NCBI GenBank assembly: GCA_963749405.1
Contig: CAVVMY010000016.1
Coordinates: 16,414-80,413 of the forward strand
From: Candidatus Altiarchaeales archaeon
Lineage (GTDB): Archaea > Altiarchaeota > Altiarchaeia > IMC4 > QMZM01
Direction of reading: 5' to 3'
DNA length: 64,000 nucleotides
Positions 51,001 to 60,388 of the stretch are shown piece after piece. Under the pieces are notes generated by a model, which saw only the letters and a program-made list of their open reading frames with translations, was not told the DNA's origin and made no database searches. Both the position numbers and the translations under genes were made by a program. Numbering within the stretch: position 1 is the first letter of the stretch; every line of letters starts with the position of its first letter.

Positions 51001-53134
51001 ATGCTGGTGTGTTTAGTCTTTTTTTGCTTGCGGCTTCGAATTCGGGTATTGAGGGTTTTATTTTTTTGAGTGCTTTTTCGAAGTCGTCTGCGGTTACAGT
51101 GTCTGCTTTGAGGTTTTCTCTTAAGGCTATGAGCGCTGCTTCTCTGCATATGCCTTCTATGTCTGCGCCGCTGTATCCTTCGGTTTTTCTGACGAGGTCG
51201 TTTAGGTCTATTTCTTTTATGGGCATGTGTCTGGTGTGTACTTTGAATATTTCCAGTCTTGCGTCCTTGTCCGGCGGGGGTACCATTAGCTGGTAGTCGA
51301 ATCTTCCGGGCCGCAGGAGGGATGGGTCTATCATGTCTATGCGGTTTGTTGCGCCTATTACGATGACGTTCTCCAGGCTTTCTATTCCATCCATCTCTGT
51401 GAGTATCTGGTTTACCACTGTCTCGGTCACGTGTGAGCCGGAGTATGTTCCCCTCCTGGGCGCGATTGCGTCTATTTCGTCGAAGAGTATTATTGTCGGT
51501 GCTACTTGTTTTGCTTTCTTGAAGACTTCCCGTATTCCTTTCTCGGATTCGCCTACCCACATGGATAATAGCTGCGGGCCTTTGACTGCTATGAAGTTTG
51601 CTTCGGATTCGTTGGCGGCAGCTTTTGCGAGAAGCGTCTTTCCGCAGCCTGGCGGTCCCTGGAGGAGTATGGCCTTTGTCGGGCGGATGCCCATCCTCTT
51701 GAATGCTTCCGGGTGCTTCAGCGGCCACTCCACGGCTTCCTGCAGGCGCATCTTTACTTCGCCCAAGCCGCCTATGTCGCTCCATTTGATGTCCGGGATT
51801 TCCACGAGAACTTCACGCAGTGCAGACGGGCTCACATCTTTTAGGGCCTCCACGAAATCTGTCTTCCGGACTTTAAGAGTCTCAAGAACCGAGGTGGGTA
51901 TTTCTTCCTTGTCCAGATCGATTTTTGGCAGTATCTTCTTCAATGCCTTCATGGCTGATTCCCGGCTTAATGCGTCCAGGTCTGCGCCGACGAAGCCGTG
52001 TGTGGAGTTCGCTATCTCTTTTAGGTTCACGTCTTTGTCAAGGGGCATGCCGCGGGTATGTATCTGGAGGATCTCTTCTCTTCCTTCTTTGTCCGGAACG
52101 CCTATCTCTATCTCCCGGTCGAATCTGCCCGGCCTCCTTAGAGCGGGGTCTATTGCATCCTCGCGGTTCGTCGCAGCGATGACTATGACGTTGCCGCGTG
52201 CCTCCATCCCATCCATCAAAGCGAGGAGCTGGGCTACGACACGCCGCTCGACTTCTCCCCGTGTCTCCTCACGCTTCGGGGCAATGGAGTCTACCTCGTC
52301 TATGAAAATAATCGACGGAGCATTCTCCTCGGCTTCCTTGAAGATCTCCCGAAGCTTTCGCTCGCTCTCCCCGTAATACTTGTCCATGATCTCCGGACCG
52401 TTAAGGGAGATGAAGTGCGCATTCGTCTCCGAGGCAACGGCTTTTGCAATAAGGGTCTTCCCGGTTCCCGGCGGCCCGAATAAGAGAACCCCCTTGGGGG
52501 GCTTAATCCCAAGCCGCTCAAAGAGCTCAGGATGCTTCATCGGAAGCTCTATCATTTCACGTACCCTGCCCAGTTCATCCTTGAGGCCTCCTATGTCCTC
52601 GTATCTGACCGCCGGAGCCTCTGGAACAACCATGGGTTTTCCTTTGATCTCAAGGTCTGTAACATCCTGTATCTGGACTATTCCCTTAGGGTTCGTAGCC
52701 GCTACCACGAAAGGTATGGCCTGCCCAAGTACGCCGATGGATATTTTGTCGCCTTTGACAAGAGGTCTTCCGATCATCCTCTGCTTCACGTGGGTGGCGA
52801 AGTCTTCTCCGAACTTTATCTCATGCATCGTGGGTGCGATAGTGACCTCTTTTGCAGGGGACGTCTTAGACTTGCGAACCTTGACCTTGTCCCCTAAGGA
52901 GGAATCCGAGTTCTGCCTGATGAGGCCATCCATGCGGATAATGTCAAGGCCAAAGTCCTGCGGATGAGACTGCCACACAATAGCGGCAGTCGTCTTTTTA
53001 CCTTCTATCTCCACGATATCCCCGGAGGTAAGGTCGAGGGCCTCCATAGTAGAACTGTCCATGCGGACGATGCCGCGGGAAACATCGTTATGCAAGGCCT
53101 CCGCCACCCTTAGATCGATTTTTTTCTCCGCCAT
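50993..53134 (-). CDS. cdc48: CDC48/VAT AAA+ ATPase
   Basis: Two AAA modules ([22 protein letters not shown]). Confidence 0.96.
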   Translation of the reverse strand: MAEKKIDLRVAEALHNDVSRGIVRMDSSTMEALDLTSGDIVEIEGKKTTAAIVWQSHPQDFGLDIIRMDGLIRQNSDSSLGDKVKVRKSKTSPAKEVTIAPTMHEIKFGEDFATHVKQRMIGRPLVKGDKISIGVLGQAIPFVVAATNPKGIVQIQDVTDLEIKGKPMVVPEAPAVRYEDIGGLKDELGRVREMIELPMKHPELFERLGIKPPKGVLLFGPPGTGKTLIAKAVASETNAHFISLNGPEIMDKYYGESERKLREIFKEAEENAPSIIFIDEVDSIAPKREETRGEVERRVVAQLLALMDGMEARGNVIVIAATNREDAIDPALRRPGRFDREIEIGVPDKEGREEILQIHTRGMPLDKDVNLKEIANSTHGFVGADLDALSRESAMKALKKILPKIDLDKEEIPTSVLETLKVRKTDFVEALKDVSPSALREVLVEIPDIKWSDIGGLGEVKMRLQEAVEWPLKHPEAFKRMGIRPTKAILLQGPPGCGKTLLAKAAANESEANFIAVKGPQLLSMWVGESEKGIREVFKKAKQVAPTIILFDEIDAIAPRRGTYSGSHVTETVVNQILTEMDGIESLENVIVIGATNRIDMIDPSLLRPGRFDYQLMVPPPDKDARLEIFKVHTRHMPIKEIDLNDLVRKTEGYSGADIEGICREAALIALRENLKADTVTADDFEKALKKIKPSIPEFEAASKKRLNTPAYG

Positions 53135-53235
53135 TTTGCTCAAATGAATAGAAAATACAAAGAATATATTCTATATTACTTTTCAAAGAATTAAATCGGA
53201 GCCCCTATAAGCAGTTTAAAACGCTTCCAGACGAT

Positions 53236-53463
53236 TCACACGCCTTTCTCCGAAACCACAAAGCCGTCTTCCCATCTGGGAACGATCTTCTTCAGATCCC
53301 CGGGAAACGCATCCTTCAGCACTCCCGGCGCATCCTTCCTGCAAACGTTCCTCACATCCATGACATAATGAGTCTCCTCGGTCTCAGGAACACCTTCAAG
53401 CTCTTTGGAAAACTCCTCAAGCAATGCAACACCTTCCTTACGAATCTTTTCTCTGTCAAGCAT
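53236..53463 (-). CDS. gatC: Glu/Asp-tRNA amidotransferase subunit C (archaeal type)
   Basis: EF.KELE.VP...ETHY.....N..R.D pattern and size. Confidence 0.65.
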   Translation of the reverse strand: MLDREKIRKEGVALLEEFSKELEGVPETEETHYVMDVRNVCRKDAPGVLKDAFPGDLKKIVPRWEDGFVVSEKGV

Positions 53464-53467
53464 TTTA

Positions 53468-54670
53468 TCAGACCAGGAACTTCTTAGCCAAAGGCAGGAT
53501 CTTAGGTGCCTTCTTGATGAATCTCTTCACAAGGAAACCATACTCCCCCTCAACAATGCGGGCAATGTCATCGCTGCTAAGGATATCAGCCAAAGTATCC
53601 AGGTTATTAGCATCCAGTTTCTCCATAAAAGACCGCAATTTCAAAAGCTTCTGCGCCTTCACGCCATCGCCAGCCCTCCACAGAGTATCATACTCCAAGA
53701 GCCGCCCCCTGGAAACATCGCCCTCAGACAAAGCCTTAGCACCCACCTCTCCGGCGATCTTCGCAGCATACATGGCCATAGAAATGCCCCCGCCATGTAT
53801 CGGATTAACCTGATGAGCCGCATCACCCACCACCATCAAGCCATCCGCGACAAGACACTCAAGAGCCGAACCAACCGGTATCCCACCGCTATTTATCTCA
53901 ATCGGGCTTGCCCCTGCAAATATCTCCGGATGACTCCCAATAAAACGGTCAAGATAATACTGCGCCTTCCGCCCGGGCTCGGACATCTTCCCAAGTATGC
54001 CAACCCCCACATTAGCTATATCATTCCCCTTCGGGAAAATCCAAACATAACCCTTAGGAGCAGTATCATCGCCAAAAAAGATATGCAAAAGATTACTTCT
54101 ATCAATCTTCAAACCAGCCATCTCATACTGGAACCCGGAATGATAATCAGTAAGAGAATTCACAGTCCTTAAGCCCGCAGACTTCGCAACCATAGAATCC
54201 ACACCATCAGCAGCTATAACCAAACGAGACCGGATACGATAACTCTCACCCATAAAATCAGCCTCAACACCAGCCACCCGCCCACCCTCCAATATAACAC
54301 CAGAAGCCAAAGTCTTCACCATATACCTCGCACCACGGCTCACGGCCTCGGAAGCCAAAAACTTCTCAAAAACCTTCCTCTCCAAAATATAACCAACCCT
54401 ATCGCCAAACACAAGCTCCAAAGACTTACCACCAGGAGCATAAAGAACAGCACCATTAATCTTCTGAACAGCCCACCGAGGATCAGGCACAAGACCAACA
54501 CGCCTCAAACCACTAGCATTAATCGCCTCAGCACACCTCTTAGGCGAGCCGATCTCCTGACGCTTATCTAGTACCAGGGTCTTCACGCCTCTCTCAGCCA
54601 AGGTCCTGGCAGCAATACTCCCAGCAGGCCCCGCCCCCACCACAACGGCATCAAACTGCAAATCTCGCAT
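53468..54670 (-). CDS. Digeranylgeranylglycerophospholipid reductase (GGR)
   Basis: VGAGPAG, PKRCAE, GYVWIFPK, GDAA, GGGI. Confidence 0.92.
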   Translation of the reverse strand: MRDLQFDAVVVGAGPAGSIAARTLAERGVKTLVLDKRQEIGSPKRCAEAINASGLRRVGLVPDPRWAVQKINGAVLYAPGGKSLELVFGDRVGYILERKVFEKFLASEAVSRGARYMVKTLASGVILEGGRVAGVEADFMGESYRIRSRLVIAADGVDSMVAKSAGLRTVNSLTDYHSGFQYEMAGLKIDRSNLLHIFFGDDTAPKGYVWIFPKGNDIANVGVGILGKMSEPGRKAQYYLDRFIGSHPEIFAGASPIEINSGGIPVGSALECLVADGLMVVGDAAHQVNPIHGGGISMAMYAAKIAGEVGAKALSEGDVSRGRLLEYDTLWRAGDGVKAQKLLKLRSFMEKLDANNLDTLADILSSDDIARIVEGEYGFLVKRFIKKAPKILPLAKKFLV

Positions 54671-54677
54671 CTTTTCT

Positions 54678-54857
54678 TTAAATCAAACGCAAAGCATCCA
54701 CAGGACAAAACTTCACACACGTCCCACACTTCACACACTTACCCTCATCCACAAAAAGAATCGTATCACGCAACTCCAAAGCATCCGCCGGACAAACGCC
54801 AACACAGCCACCACAATAACAGCACTTCGCCCGATCGACGTCCAATTTGCCTGCCAT
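54678..54857 (-). CDS. 2[4Fe-4S] ferredoxin, 59 aa (not in ORF track)
   Basis: MAGKLDVDRAKCCYCGGCVGVCP...CVKCGTCVKFCPVDAL; directly upstream of GGR. Confidence 0.88.
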   Translation of the reverse strand: MAGKLDVDRAKCCYCGGCVGVCPADALELRDTILFVDEGKCVKCGTCVKFCPVDALRLI

Positions 54858-55011
54858 TTTGTATCTATTATATAACTACGCCTATAAAAAATGTTTACAA
54901 ATCCTAAAATACGACCCCATAAACAGTGGGGTCTGAAGACCCCACACTTCTTTTGCCCCTTCCAGGGCATGCCCTCGGCATTTGGGATGATAACCTCCCT
55001 AAGGGAGGCTA

Positions 55012-55085
55012 TGCCCACGCCGGGATTCGAACCCGGGTCAAGGGATCCGCAATCCCCCAGGATGTCCTAGCTACCCCACGTGGGC
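55012..55085 (-). tRNA. tRNA-Arg(GCG)
   Basis: GCCCACG/CGTGGGC acceptor; GGGGA-TTGCGGA-TCCCT anticodon arm; CCGGGTTCGAATCCCGG. Confidence 0.94.
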
Positions 55086-55231
55086 TACTTGATAGTATTC
55101 CGATTAAATGCTTTTAAGTGGTTGGAACCTGCCAAAATAGTTTTAAGAGGATTGAGATAATCAGAGAAGAAAAAAGGGATAAGAAACGGGCGTGGATACC
55201 GCCAAGAACGAATAAACATATAACTATCCGC

Positions 55232-55882
55232 TTATTCCGCCAAGCCCCTTATATACCCGTTTTCTGTGTGTGTTGCTGTGATTGCACTCGTGGTCGCCTT
55301 GTAGGTCATTACAACCATCATATTGTATACAGCACCTGTTGGCACCGAAGTACAGCCCGTACCTGAGACGCTGAACACTTCGCCCGACAGAACGTTGGAT
55401 GATGAGGGAGTTACTGTACCACAAGAACCGCCGGAGATTGTCTCATTCAGGGATACGCTAATTACTCTTATAGGCGATCCTGCATCGTTTGTGAAAGTCG
55501 CGTTAAAGTTGGTGCCCTTGTATGCCACGCTCGGCATCATAGGATTCACTCTAACGAAGCCGGTCTCTACCGGCCCCCCTTGCCCGGCGTTGAAGACGCC
55601 AAGCTGCCAGAGAATTAAACCGACGACCATAACCACCAGTATGGCCCATCCGTAAGACATCAGGTACTCCATTGCCCCCTGTCCCCTGTTGTCCATATAA
55701 AACGAGATAGGCATGTTTACATGACCCAAGATAAAAGCAAAAATCAGAAGTATGATTAAGCCTGCTAAAAAAACAGCGGCTATAGTTGCGAAGTCTATTG
55801 GAGTTAAGTTGTTACTCTCGTTTATCACCTGATTGACTGAGTCTATTAATGGATTGGCAAATGCAACCAAAGTATTTCTCAT
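55232..55882 (-). CDS. Type IV pilin-like protein (class III signal); start either 55882 or MDNRGQ at 55697
   Basis: RGQ-GAMEYLMSYGWAILVV. Confidence 0.85.
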   Translation of the reverse strand: MRNTLVAFANPLIDSVNQVINESNNLTPIDFATIAAVFLAGLIILLIFAFILGHVNMPISFYMDNRGQGAMEYLMSYGWAILVVMVVGLILWQLGVFNAGQGGPVETGFVRVNPMMPSVAYKGTNFNATFTNDAGSPIRVISVSLNETISGGSCGTVTPSSSNVLSGEVFSVSGTGCTSVPTGAVYNMMVVMTYKATTSAITATHTENGYIRGLAE

Positions 55883-55977
55883 CTTTACTATATTAAAAAA
55901 TTTGTATTCAGGTACTATAAATATATAACAGACAGTAGGTAATAGTTGGAGAAAAAAAGGATAAGAAGAAAAGGTGC

Positions 55978-57210
55978 ATACCGCACCCCCATAACAGATA
56001 AAATATATAGTTATCCGTTATTCACCTTCGCCCCTTATGTAGCCGGTTTCTGTGTGCATTGTGGTGTATCCAGCCAGGCTCGAGTTGTAGGTTATTATAA
56101 TCATCATATTGTATGCAGCACCGGTTATCACCGAGGGACAGGTCGTACCTGCAAGGTTGAACACCCCACCCGCCATAACAGGGGCTGAGGGAACTACTAA
56201 GGTAGTACAATTAACGCCGTTAATCGTCTCATTCATGATCACAGTCATTAGTCTTATAGGCGCACCTACGTTATTCGTGAAAGTCGCGTTAAAGGCCGTA
56301 GTCTTATACACAACGCTCGGCATCAAAGGATTCAACCTGACGAAACCAGTCCCTACCGGGGCTCCCTGTCCTGAATTGAAGACCCCAAGCTGCCATAGGA
56401 CTACACCAACTATCATAACGACGAGTATTGCCCATCCATAGGTCATCAGATACTCCATAGCACCCTGACCCTTGTTTCCTAGATATTCCATTTTAAATCT
56501 GTCCTCTGTTTTTTGTTTTTAATTTCTTAACATATGTATAAAGTATGACATTTTCTAATATAAATACTTTCCGGTGAGGAAAATGCTAAGATACTCCATA
56601 GTCTTTACTAAGAAGACTGCTGATGTCCGTGGCCAAGCCATTGGTCTTAGACATGCGCCGATTTGTAATCAGATAAAGAAAAAAGATAAGAAAGGAGGGT
56701 GCTGGGATACCGCACCCCCATAACAGATAAAATATATAGTTATCCGTTATTCACCTTCGCCCCTTATGTAGCCGGTTTCTGTGTGCATTGTGGTGTATCC
56801 AGCCAGGCTCGAGTTGTAGGTTATTATAATCATCATATTGTATGCAGCACCGGTTATCACCGAGGGACAGGTCGTACCTGCAAGGTTGAACACCCCACCC
56901 GCCATAACAGGGGCTGAGGGAACTACTAAGGTAGTACAATTAACGCCGTTAATCGTCTCATTCATGATCACAGTCATTAGTCTTATAGGCGCACCTACGT
57001 TATTCGTGAAAGTCGCGTTAAAGGCCGTAGTCTTATACACAACGCTCGGCATCAAAGGATTCAACCTGACGAAACCAGTCTCTACCGGGGCTCCCTGTCC
57101 TGAATTGAAGACCCCAAGCTGCCATAGGACTACACCAACTATCATAACGACGAGTATTGCCCATCCATAGGTCATCAGATACTCCATAGCACCCTGACCC
57201 TTGTTTCCTA
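55978..57210. repeat. ~504-bp direct repeat (55978-56481 and 56707-57210)
   Basis: Offset 729 bp; only one substitution noticed (56352 C vs 57081 T). Confidence 0.9.
56018..56491 (-). CDS. Type IV pilin-like protein
   Basis: KGQ-GAMEYLMTYGWAIL class III signal; BRE-TATA CCGGAAAGTATTTATA upstream. Confidence 0.88.
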   Translation of the reverse strand: MEYLGNKGQGAMEYLMTYGWAILVVMIVGVVLWQLGVFNSGQGAPVGTGFVRLNPLMPSVVYKTTAFNATFTNNVGAPIRLMTVIMNETINGVNCTTLVVPSAPVMAGGVFNLAGTTCPSVITGAAYNMMIIITYNSSLAGYTTMHTETGYIRGEGE

Positions 57211-57220
57211 AGTATTTCAT
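56747..57220 (-). CDS. Type IV pilin-like protein, near-identical copy
   Basis: Same as neighbour except residue 2 (E/K) and one G/E change; BRE-TATA CGAAAAGTATTTAAA upstream. Confidence 0.88.
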   Translation of the reverse strand: MKYLGNKGQGAMEYLMTYGWAILVVMIVGVVLWQLGVFNSGQGAPVETGFVRLNPLMPSVVYKTTAFNATFTNNVGAPIRLMTVIMNETINGVNCTTLVVPSAPVMAGGVFNLAGTTCPSVITGAAYNMMIIITYNSSLAGYTTMHTETGYIRGEGE

Positions 57221-57420
57221 CTTTTCTGTTCACCTCATGTTTTGAGTTTTTGTTTTTTTTATGTATATTATGTATATTAAGTAGTGTATGGTTTTTTTAG
57301 GTTTAAATACTTTTCGTTTTAGGGCTGGGTAACTGTTTTTAGGGGTAGGTAACTGTTTGTTAATAGGTTGTTAGTTACTTGATAGATAACCATGTTCTCA
57401 TTGATTAACTAAAGTATTTC

Positions 57421-57682
57421 ATGGACTGGGACGACTACTCATTTGTCGTACGTTCAAAACAGAGAAAGGATACCTTGTTAATCCTGGAAAATCCTAAAAC
57501 ACCCACCCCAGTTAGGGGATAAACTTGATGTAAGCATATCTCATGTGAGTAGAACCCTTAAAGAGTTCACGGAGAAAGGCTTGGCTGAGTGTATGAATCC
57601 CCAACAAAAAGTTGGCCGTATATATGCTTTAACCAGGAAAGGACAGATAACACTAAAACAAATCAAAAAAAACTTAATGTAA
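57421..57682 (+). CDS. Winged-HTH transcriptional regulator (not in ORF track; extra C near 57507)
   Basis: Corrected: MDWDDYSFVVRSKQRK...PKTPTQL...SHVSRTLKEF.EKGLAEC.NP...GRIYALT.KG. Confidence 0.8.
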
Positions 57683-57782
57683 ACACTATAGGGGTATATT
57701 GTCTTTAGGAATCAACGGATATTGAAATATCAGACTGCAGTTACATAATCCATCGACAATCGAACAAAACCTGTTTTTAGAT

Positions 57783-58157
57783 TTATATGGGTGGTTTGAA
57801 CTCTATTATGTCGCCTGTTTCCACTGGGGGTAGGGGTTTTAGGGCTATTTCTATGACGTATTTGGCGTCTTTTTTCGGCCGGTATATTTTCCATGTTCCG
57901 GGTTTGAGGAGGCTGGCTGGTGGTATGTTTCTGGCGATGTCTACGACCTTCATTTGGGTGTCCAGCCATAGGACGTCTATTGGGAAGCGCATGAAAAGCA
58001 TGTGTATAGAAGAGTATTCTATGCCTTCCTTTGGGGAGATTAGGATTAGGTCTGATGGAGTTGAGAGCATTAGGCCTCGCAGCCTTGAGAAAAAGGTTTT
58101 AGCGGCTTTTGCTTCGCCGCTTATTGTGTTGCCACGGGTCTGGTTAAGGACTTGCAC
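57783..58157 (-). CDS. DUF192 family protein
   Basis: A.TFFSRLRGLM, IHMLFMRFPIDVLWLD, YVIE. Confidence 0.88.
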   Translation of the reverse strand: MQVLNQTRGNTISGEAKAAKTFFSRLRGLMLSTPSDLILISPKEGIEYSSIHMLFMRFPIDVLWLDTQMKVVDIARNIPPASLLKPGTWKIYRPKKDAKYVIEIALKPLPPVETGDIIEFKPPI

Positions 58158-58932
58158 CTTTTGTCTTGGGTTTTCCTGTTAGTGTGAGGCATATCTGTTC
58201 CCAGACGCTTAATGACTCGATTTTAGCTTCTTTGCCGGATATGCTGTTTGCTATTTTTCTTATCTCCAGGCTTATCTTGTGCTTGGGGTTCTGTAGGACT
58301 ATTGGGTTTTTCAGTTCTATTGACCTTCTTATGGAGGGGTCCTCTGGTATTACTCCGAGTACCGGCAGCTTGAAGAAGGAGGCTATGTAGTCTTTCTTTA
58401 GTTCGTCTTTTTTTGTGACCCTGTTTAGGACTATTCCTGAGAGCTTTTTTTCGTATTTGTTTATGATGCTCTTTGTCCTGAGCGCGTCGGATATTGTCGG
58501 GAGTTCCGGGTGGGTGACTATTATGAATTCGTCGCACATGTCTATTGCGTTCAGGGTTTCCCTGTCAAGTCCTGTTGCCGCGTCTACCAGCACGTAGTCT
58601 TTGTCTGAGAATGCCGCCTTTATCTCTTTTCCTATGTTTACGGGCGGCGTATCCAGTATGTCCTCGAAGGACAGAGATGCTGGCACTATGTCCACTCCTG
58701 AGGGGTGTTTGTATACAGCATCCGACAGCGATGCGTTTTTCTTCATAACGTCGTGGATCGATATCGGATATGATATCAGGCCGTAGTGCAGTCCGAGATT
58801 TGCTCCTGTAAGGTTGGCATCGACTATTGCGACGTTGTACCCGTCCTTTGCAAGAGAGGCACCTAGATTCGAAACCAGAGTAGTCTTGCCGACTCCTCCT
58901 TTTCCTGAGACAACGCCTATTATTCTTGTCAT
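58144..58932 (-). CDS. minD: MinD-family ATPase
   Basis: SGKGGVGKTT, VDAN, LNRV, IPED; C-terminal amphipathic segment. Confidence 0.88.
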   Translation of the reverse strand: MTRIIGVVSGKGGVGKTTLVSNLGASLAKDGYNVAIVDANLTGANLGLHYGLISYPISIHDVMKKNASLSDAVYKHPSGVDIVPASLSFEDILDTPPVNIGKEIKAAFSDKDYVLVDAATGLDRETLNAIDMCDEFIIVTHPELPTISDALRTKSIINKYEKKLSGIVLNRVTKKDELKKDYIASFFKLPVLGVIPEDPSIRRSIELKNPIVLQNPKHKISLEIRKIANSISGKEAKIESLSVWEQICLTLTGKPKTKGASP

Positions 58933-58998
58933 GTTATATATAATTAATTAGATGGGTATAAAAATAAAATAAACAAGCATGCTGAGGCAACAAAAAAA

Positions 58999-59664
58999 AT
59001 GATATGCGTCTCTATTAAGGGGCAGGTCATCGAAAACATGGTAGATGAGGCTAATTTCTCCTCTGCGGACCTTGTGGAAATACGGCTGGACTGTTTGGAC
59101 AATTATACGGGCATCGAAAAGCTTCGGCGGATAACAAAACCGCTGATAGTTACCTGCATGCCGGTATCGGAGGGCGGCGGATATGCGGGAAACGAGGAAG
59201 AGCGGATAGCATTACTCTTCGAGTCTGTCAAATATGCAGACTATGTTAGCCTGGAGCTCTCAACCAAAAAAGAGCTAAGAGACAGGATAATATATGAGGC
59301 ACGGAGCCGGGATGCAAAAATCATAGCCAGCTACCATGATAATAAAAAGACCCCGGATGTAAAGAGAATACGGGATATCCTTAAAAAGGAGAAGCGGATG
59401 GGTGCAGACATCGCAAAAGTTGCGTTCCAAGCAAACGACTATTGGGACGTTATAAAGCTCATGAGCGTATTGAAGGAAAACGACATAGGTATCCCTATAA
59501 TAGCTGTTTCCATGGGGGAGTATGGGCGGATCTCCCGCATACTTGGCCCTATGTTAGGGTCTTATCTGACGTTCGCTTCATCTGCGAAGGGCTGCGAGGC
59601 TGCTCCCGGGCAGCTTACCGTAGAGGAGATGCATACGATTTTTGACATACTTAGCAGAATATGA
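58999..59664 (+). CDS. aroD: Type I 3-dehydroquinate dehydratase
   Basis: EIRLD, EGG, SYHD, ADIAK, SMG..G.ISR, APGQL. Confidence 0.92.
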   Translation: MICVSIKGQVIENMVDEANFSSADLVEIRLDCLDNYTGIEKLRRITKPLIVTCMPVSEGGGYAGNEEERIALLFESVKYADYVSLELSTKKELRDRIIYEARSRDAKIIASYHDNKKTPDVKRIRDILKKEKRMGADIAKVAFQANDYWDVIKLMSVLKENDIGIPIIAVSMGEYGRISRILGPMLGSYLTFASSAKGCEAAPGQLTVEEMHTIFDILSRI

Positions 59665-60338
59665 AGATATTGAATCACGACATAGACAGGGATACACGCT
59701 GCGGAGTGCCTGAAGTGGTATACGGCGCAGGCAAGACTTCTGAGGACCTGGTCGAGATAGCGCGAAGATTTTTGGATAATTCCGGCAGGGTCATAATAAC
59801 CCGGATAGACGATGAAAAGGCTGCGAAGGTGTTGCAAAGCGTCCGGGGAAAAAATCTCAGGATAGTGCATAATAATAAGGGCCGGGTGCTTGTCGTCAAG
59901 AAAAAAGGCCACAAAAACGGCGATGCCGGCGGAGTAATAGGCATAATCACAGCAGGCACGTCTGATATCCCTGTAGCTGAGGAGGCGGCTGCTGTTGCTG
60001 AAGAGTTGGGCTGCTCAGTCAGAAGAGAATATGACGTAGGCATCGCAGGTATCCACCGGGTTTTTTCAGCTCTTGAGAAGGTAGGCATAGTCAATGCATA
60101 CATAGTCGTCGCAGGAATGGAAGGAGCTCTTCCCTCGGTCGTGGCAGGGCTTGTCGCGGCGCCTGTGATAGCTGTGCCGACGTCTGTAGGCTACGGAACC
60201 GCGGAACAAGGCAAAACCGCGCTGTATACGATGCTGAATTCTTGCACGCCCCTCGCAGTGGTCAACATAGACAACGGATACGGTGCCGCAGTACTTGCGT
60301 ATAAGATGATCGCATCCGGAAAGACTGCGGGGAGATAG
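59661..60338 (+). CDS. larB: LarB/AIR-carboxylase-like protein
   Basis: PEVVYG.GK, AGTSD.PVAEEA, DVG.AG.HR, AGMEGALPSV, PTSVGYG. Confidence 0.88.
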   Translation: MKILNHDIDRDTRCGVPEVVYGAGKTSEDLVEIARRFLDNSGRVIITRIDDEKAAKVLQSVRGKNLRIVHNNKGRVLVVKKKGHKNGDAGGVIGIITAGTSDIPVAEEAAAVAEELGCSVRREYDVGIAGIHRVFSALEKVGIVNAYIVVAGMEGALPSVVAGLVAAPVIAVPTSVGYGTAEQGKTALYTMLNSCTPLAVVNIDNGYGAAVLAYKMIASGKTAGR

Positions 60339-60388
60339 CTGAAATGCGGATTTTCCAAGACAAATACCTGTCTTCCCAATAGGATACT

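Noticed and set aside
55978..57210. DGR template/variable repeat pair
   Set aside because: Whole-gene duplication with one visible difference, both copies intact, no RT gene.
55232..57220. Identification of the pilins as hamus or archaellum subunits
   Set aside because: Cannot be supported from sequence alone; no arl genes present.
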